DNA of 64,000 nt from Candidatus Bathyarchaeota archaeon. GTDB taxonomy: Archaea; Thermoproteota; Bathyarchaeia; TCS64. Positions 59,299 through 64,000 of this stretch are shown piece by piece. The notes beneath the pieces are model-generated. The model was not told the DNA's origin and made no database searches. It saw only the letters and a list, made by a program, of their open reading frames with translations. A program made the translations under genes and the position numbers. Every line of letters starts with the position of its first letter. Positions within the stretch are counted from its first letter, which is position 1. The stretch covers positions 704,001-768,000 of the forward strand of contig CAVYLP010000006.1 in assembly GCA_963769425.1 (NCBI GenBank), written 5' to 3'.

Positions 59299-60027
59299 AT
59301 GTCAACAATCGAGGTCAGCCACCTCTCAAAGAGCTTCGGTCAAATCTGTGTTCTAAGGGATGTCTCCCTGAACGTCGCAGAAGGGGAATTCTTCGGACTC
59401 TTCGGCTTAAATGGCGCGGGGAAGACGACCCTCCTTAAGATCCTTACAGGGCAACTCGCAGCTGACTCAGGCGAAGTACGCACCGCTGGCCACTCAATCT
59501 CCGACCCCATAGCCGTTAAACGTGCAGTGGGCATAGTCCCAGAAGCCGAGACGCCGCCCACCTTCCTCACTGCAAGAGAGGCGCTCGAGCTCACTTGTAG
59601 AATCAGGAACCTCGACGATGTCGCAGGAAGAGTCGATCACTGGCTCAAATTCTTCGACATCGATGCTAAGGAGGATGTCCTCTGTAGGGACCTCTCCAAG
59701 GGGCAGAGGCAGAAGGTGATGTTGGCGAGCGCCTTCATTCACGAGCCCCGTCTACTGCTTCTCGATGAGGCATTCATCAACCTCGACCCCATATACCAGC
59801 GCCGCCTACGAGAATACCTTAGGGGACTAACTGAGGAGGGGCGCACCGTCTTCTTGTGCACCCACATCCTCGAGATAGCTGAGAAGCTGTGCACGAGGGT
59901 CGCTGTCATTGATGGGGGAAGTATAGTGGCTGAAGGAACCATCGATGAACTCAGGTCCCGCGAGGGGGAAGGACTAGAGGAGATTTTCATGCGTGCTGTG
60001 GACGGTGTGAACGCGCATGTCGCTTGA
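59299..60027 (+). CDS. ABC transporter ATP-binding protein
   Basis: GLNGAGKTT, LSKGQRQK, LLDE, TH. Confidence 0.93.
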   Translation: MSTIEVSHLSKSFGQICVLRDVSLNVAEGEFFGLFGLNGAGKTTLLKILTGQLAADSGEVRTAGHSISDPIAVKRAVGIVPEAETPPTFLTAREALELTCRIRNLDDVAGRVDHWLKFFDIDAKEDVLCRDLSKGQRQKVMLASAFIHEPRLLLLDEAFINLDPIYQRRLREYLRGLTEEGRTVFLCTHILEIAEKLCTRVAVIDGGSIVAEGTIDELRSREGEGLEEIFMRAVDGVNAHVA

Positions 60028-61483
60028 CCTAGACTGGCACCTTCTACTCGGGATGATAAAGGAGGAGTGGAGGCTACATAGGTCGTTATCAGGATGGCTC
60101 GGTTCCACCTTCTTTCCTCTGATGATCTTCTCAATGACTGTCCTATGCGCACTGACTGCTCCGTTTGTTCTCCAGAACCTCCCCCGCTCAACCCTCATCC
60201 TATTGCTCCACGTAGCCGCTCTCCTCTACGGCTTCTTTGTGGGGGGATTCGGCTCCATTGGGGAGCATGTGATGACTCGGCGTCTGGGACAGGTTAACAT
60301 GCTCCTCCAACTACCGCAGACCTATCCAATCACATTCCGGAGAGTGATGGCAGTCTTCTACGTCAAGGACTCCCTATTCTACCTAATTTACACGTTCATC
60401 CCGATGGTTCTTGGAATAGGTGTCGTAGGGTCATTCTCTGGATTCTCCCTCCTCGGAGTCCTTCGAATCGGGGCGACTACTTTTCTCACCTTCATGCTCG
60501 GGATGGGTCTTAGCTTCGTCGTCTCTGCTGTTTCCGTAAGATCAAAGTTGTTGGGAGCGATTGTTTCCCTCGGGCTGCTCATAATCGTCGCCTTGGTCTG
60601 GCCCCTAGGTCTCCTTCAACCATACCAGGTGTTGCTACCACTCGGATACTGGATAGATAGGTCGTTAATCTGGCCATTCGCATCTGTGATCGTTGCTGTT
60701 GTACTTGCTGCGATAGGCGCCCTGTTGATGAAGGAGCGCTTCGAGGTTCATCAGAGGAGATACGTGGACTCGTTCCTTAGCTTGGAGCGTCGTTTCAATG
60801 CTTTTGGGGAGCTAAAATTCCTAATTGTAAAGGAGTGGCTCGAGGTAAATAGGAGTAGCAGCCTCACTCCGGTAGTTGGAGGCTACACGATTCACCTCGT
60901 CGCCGTATATTTCATCAGCTGGATATTCGAGAACGGCTTCGGCATCCCCCTGGGATTCAACGTCGTCTTCTTCAGCACTTTAGTCGGCTTCATGGGGGTA
61001 TTGACATACAGCTTCCTGACTAGCATCGAGCACAATGAGTTCCTGAACGTGCTTCCGGTAAGTGTCGACCAACTTGTTAGAGCAAAACTCGTAGTCTACT
61101 TCTTACTAACCTCTGGTGTGACCGTTGTCTACGTGGTGCTAATTGGGTTCCTGAAAGGTGAGATGATCCTCGTCCCTCAGAGTCTACTCGTCGCCGCTTG
61201 CAACTCCGTCTTCGTCGTCGCCGTGACGGCCTACCTTACTGGGCTCTGGACCAACACGATGTTCTTCGGGGCAAAGACGATACTAGCATTCACGCTGATG
61301 ATTATGCCACTACTCACAGTAATCGAAGTGGGTGCCCTCATCCTCCCGTACCTAGTCACGTTCGCCACACTGCTGATAACCATAGCCTCAGTCATCGAAT
61401 TGCTCGCCTCGGCTTTCCTCTTCAACCGACTAAAAAGGAAATGGGGAGCCGCCTCATTCTCCTATGTATCAACAGGCATATGA
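60017..61483 (+). CDS. ABC transporter permease (duplicated membrane domain)
   Basis: Two KEEW/KEW-initiated multi-TM halves; overlaps the ATPase gene. Confidence 0.8.
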   Translation: MSLDLDWHLLLGMIKEEWRLHRSLSGWLGSTFFPLMIFSMTVLCALTAPFVLQNLPRSTLILLLHVAALLYGFFVGGFGSIGEHVMTRRLGQVNMLLQLPQTYPITFRRVMAVFYVKDSLFYLIYTFIPMVLGIGVVGSFSGFSLLGVLRIGATTFLTFMLGMGLSFVVSAVSVRSKLLGAIVSLGLLIIVALVWPLGLLQPYQVLLPLGYWIDRSLIWPFASVIVAVVLAAIGALLMKERFEVHQRRYVDSFLSLERRFNAFGELKFLIVKEWLEVNRSSSLTPVVGGYTIHLVAVYFISWIFENGFGIPLGFNVVFFSTLVGFMGVLTYSFLTSIEHNEFLNVLPVSVDQLVRAKLVVYFLLTSGVTVVYVVLIGFLKGEMILVPQSLLVAACNSVFVVAVTAYLTGLWTNTMFFGAKTILAFTLMIMPLLTVIEVGALILPYLVTFATLLITIASVIELLASAFLFNRLKRKWGAASFSYVSTGI

Positions 61484-61501
61484 CTAAGAATTTTTAAAGA
61501 G

Positions 61502-61609
61502 TTATTTCTTCCTTCCTGCGTCCTTCGGAAATCCCCTCTTCTGTATCCTCTTCTCCATGTATTTCTTCGGCTTCTTCACTTTCTTTCTCTCAACTGTGGC
61601 GACGGCCAT
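61502..61609 (-). CDS. 35-aa highly basic peptide (not in ORF track)
   Basis: MAVATVERKKVKKPKKYMEKRIQKRGFPKDAGRKK*. Confidence 0.4.
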   Translation of the reverse strand: MAVATVERKKVKKPKKYMEKRIQKRGFPKDAGRKK

Positions 61610-61739
61610 TCTAGTTCAATGATCTAAGGTCACCGACGGTAAAAAACTACCTAGCCCCTCCTCACCAAAAAACCCCAATTGTATTCGGATTGGGCACTCT
61701 GGGAAAATATGCTGTTCTTCCAGTTTTCTGATCCGTTTT

Positions 61740-62294
61740 TTAGCAGCAGTCCTCGTCTTCGATGAGGGGAAGCATAGGGTTCGGAACGAACTCGAATACG
61801 CTTCCCAACTTCAGTGGTATGTTGAGGCTCTTCGTCTCCACTAGTATGTTCATGTGGTTAGGCATATGGTTGTAGTCGAATCCCGCAAGATTACCAATTG
61901 GCTCCCCGTTGACCCTGACTTCGTCACCGTTCACAATATTGCCGCCTTGAGTAATCTCTATGAAGGCAACAGCCGCCGCATCGTCTTTCCCCTCCTCCAG
62001 AGGGTTCCAGAGCATTATCTCATGAATATCTCCTCTGGGGACGGCGCGGCTCCAAGACTCGACGAGATCGATTCCTGAGCTGCTAAACGTCACGTCGATG
62101 ACGGTCACCACTTCGCCCTTTACAGGTCTCCTGTCACGATAAATTCTGGGTGCCTTTACGATTTGTAGGGCCTTCCTTTCCTTTGTTCCTGTATCGTTTT
62201 TATCGGCCATGCATCCGCATTGAGTTTCACCGGTCGCGCTTGGGGTACAGGCGCAGGGTTTTTCCTCATTCTCCACCTTCATATGTATCGACAT
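61740..62294 (-). CDS. Hypothetical protein (DUF6917-like core) with Cys-rich termini
   Basis: GDIHE, AGFDYNHMPNHMNI core; CACTP, CGC, terminal CC. Confidence 0.7.
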   Translation of the reverse strand: MSIHMKVENEEKPCACTPSATGETQCGCMADKNDTGTKERKALQIVKAPRIYRDRRPVKGEVVTVIDVTFSSSGIDLVESWSRAVPRGDIHEIMLWNPLEEGKDDAAAVAFIEITQGGNIVNGDEVRVNGEPIGNLAGFDYNHMPNHMNILVETKSLNIPLKLGSVFEFVPNPMLPLIEDEDCC

Positions 62295-62690
62295 AATTGA
62301 ATATGTGAGTGTATAAAAGGTTTGCTCTTCACATCCATATATATGAATACGTTTATATATTGCCCGGGATACGTCTCTACAAAGGAGGGAAATAAGTCGA
62401 AGTTTAACGAGAAGCCCAAGAAGCTAGAGTACAAGGCGAAGATGTTCCACTACAGCAACACTGTGCCGCATACTCGATACTTGTGCTCTGAGCAAAGCCC
62501 AGAAATCCCGCAGATGAAACTCTGCTAGGATTATGTAATGTTTGGGGAAGGGTTTTTTCACTGCCCAGATGATCGTTTTTCAAAATAAATCATATCTATT
62601 CAGCCGGTAATCTATCCTTTCTTGATTTCAGTGAATTTCTCTTCACTTACCGGGTTATAACCGGCATATCCTTTCCTAGATTGATGGAAA

Positions 62691-63170
62691 ATGGCTGAAG
62701 AACAGCAAGAGAGCCTCGAGGAGAGGGTGTTCAAGTCACTCAGCAACGAGAAGCGAAGGGAAATGATTCGATACCTCGGGGAGAAGGACGTTGCGAGGTT
62801 CAACGATATCAAGAGAAACCTCGGCTTCGAGGATGGTGCCTCCCTCACATACCACCTTGGTTCCCTAAACCCCTTAACGACACAGAGCGAGGATGGCTAC
62901 CGACTTTCACTGGCAGGGCGTGACGCGTACGCGTTGATGAGGAAGATATCGTCCGTCTCAGAGTCTGCCATTGCCCTCGTATCAGCTAGGAGGGAAATAA
63001 CAGCAATGATTGTTACGAACGCGATCCTTTGGGCCGCCGCGATATTCAGCGTCCGCCTCAATGAGGGTATCCTGCAGGGCACGACTCTCTACAGCTTCTC
63101 TGCTCTATGGTTTGTGAGCAACATTGCTCTCTACTCAATCGCGAAGCGAATAGGATACAGAACCAAGTGA
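62691..63170 (+). CDS. Winged-helix (ArsR-like) protein with two C-terminal TM helices
   Basis: VFKSLSNEKRREMIRYL, LTYHL..L, YRLS..G. Confidence 0.8.
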   Translation: MAEEQQESLEERVFKSLSNEKRREMIRYLGEKDVARFNDIKRNLGFEDGASLTYHLGSLNPLTTQSEDGYRLSLAGRDAYALMRKISSVSESAIALVSARREITAMIVTNAILWAAAIFSVRLNEGILQGTTLYSFSALWFVSNIALYSIAKRIGYRTK

Positions 63171-63206
63171 AAACATATTTAAATTCGTTTAAGATCTGTT
63201 TATTCG

Positions 63207-63584
63207 ATGTCTAAGAACGCTGAGTCCCTTGAGAGGCTCGTCTCCTCCGGTAAGTGCAACTGCGTCAACGTGAAGGAGTACACCGCCCAGCTAAGAAGAC
63301 TAGCCGAGGGAGATGCAAACCCCATCGACGCTAAAAAGAGGGGCAAGTTCTACAAGGCACTCGGTGACGAGACCCGACAGCGCATGTTAAGCCTCCTCAA
63401 GTCACGCGAGATGTGCGTCTGCGAACTCATCACTGCGTTGTCAATGACCCAACCGACGACCAGCCACCACCTCAGAATCTTGGAGGAGGCTGACCTAGTC
63501 AAGAGCAGGAAGGAGGGGAAGTGGGTCTTCTACAGCCTCACTAACCCAACGCTTGTGGCGCAATTACTAGGTGTCAAGATCTAG
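63207..63584 (+). CDS. ArsR/SmtB family metalloregulator
   Basis: YKALGDETR, EMCVCEL, SHHLRIL, GKWVFYSL; extra N-terminal CNC. Confidence 0.93.
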   Translation: MSKNAESLERLVSSGKCNCVNVKEYTAQLRRLAEGDANPIDAKKRGKFYKALGDETRQRMLSLLKSREMCVCELITALSMTQPTTSHHLRILEEADLVKSRKEGKWVFYSLTNPTLVAQLLGVKI

Positions 63585-63668
63585 AATCAAGCGTTTCCCC
63601 GATTGCTTCTCCCCCTACTGTTCCACGATAGTGAAACCTTCATCTTCTGCGACTCCGGGTCGCTACTT

Positions 63669-64000
63669 ATGACAGGGAAGGGCAGGGTAAAGGTCGTCAA
63701 GGATGGCCCCTACCAAGTGACTGGCGGACTCCCACTGACGAAGATGGTCATCGAAGCCGACGCTGAGGGTTACTCTCTCAGCTGGCGGAAGACAGAGACT
63801 TACCCCATGAAGGAGAACTACATCCTCTGCCGATGTGGCAAGTCCAAGAATAAACCCTACTGCGACGGCTCCCACATCAAGAGTCACTTCAAGGGCACAG
63901 AGACCGCTGACCATACCCCCTACATAAAGGGGGCGAGGGTCTATGACGGCCCTGAGTTAAAACTAACGGACAAACGGGAGCTATGCGTAGGTGCGGGGTT
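63669..64000 (+). CDS. CDGSH iron-sulfur domain protein, runs off window end
   Basis: VKVVKDGPYQV...LCRCGKSKNKPYCDGSH. Confidence 0.9.
   Translation, partial: MTGKGRVKVVKDGPYQVTGGLPLTKMVIEADAEGYSLSWRKTETYPMKENYILCRCGKSKNKPYCDGSHIKSHFKGTETADHTPYIKGARVYDGPELKLTDKRELCVGAG

Noticed and set aside
62322-62528. ORF with a YHS/TRASH-like flavour (EYKAKMFHY)
   Set aside because: Lacks the conserved Cys motifs and a good start; at best a remnant
1-64000. rRNA, tRNA, replication origin (cdc6/ORB), in-frame Sec/Pyl recoding
   Set aside because: None recognised by eye; the Hdr/MvhD Cys motifs use ordinary Cys codons. tRNAscan-SE and Infernal would be needed for a formal exclusion

Overview
Archaeal chromosomal window. 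Gene content and style (long-form HisG, translin beside the his operon, Tfx, split HdrA, stand-alone Lrp ligand-binding domains, overlapping leaderless genes) suggest a TACK archaeon, probably Bathyarchaeia; this is inference. Core content: cysS, a hisG-D-C-HAD-B-H-A-F-I operon with no hisE, translin, a DEAD-box helicase, modABC, mgtA, msrA and two ABC exporters. Most interesting: (1) an operon joining hdrC-hdrB-hdrA-hdrA/mvhD directly to an nfnAB-like pair whose small subunit has a degenerate NAD-binding loop, bracketed by three stand-alone Lrp sensor domains; (2) an AT-rich island (about 21.9-24.6 kb) with a HEPN-like/wHTH gene trio and a truncated solo cas1 mostly missed by the ORF track, located where strand G/C skew appears to flip and containing a dif-like 11-6-11 site; (3) twin non-coding arrays of about 10 x 21-24 bp units, each behind the same leader (58.6-59.1 kb); (4) a vicinal-cysteine (As/metal) locus with an unannotated 31-aa Cys peptide and CC-bearing Lrp and PadR regulators; (5) a BlaI/BlaR1-like pair with a 30-bp palindromic operator facing an ABC-NEW3 operon. 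Several single-base frameshifts (HAD, hisA and others) look like long-read indel errors. No rRNA, tRNA or CRISPR array was recognised. All assignments are by-eye motif recognition, with no database searches.
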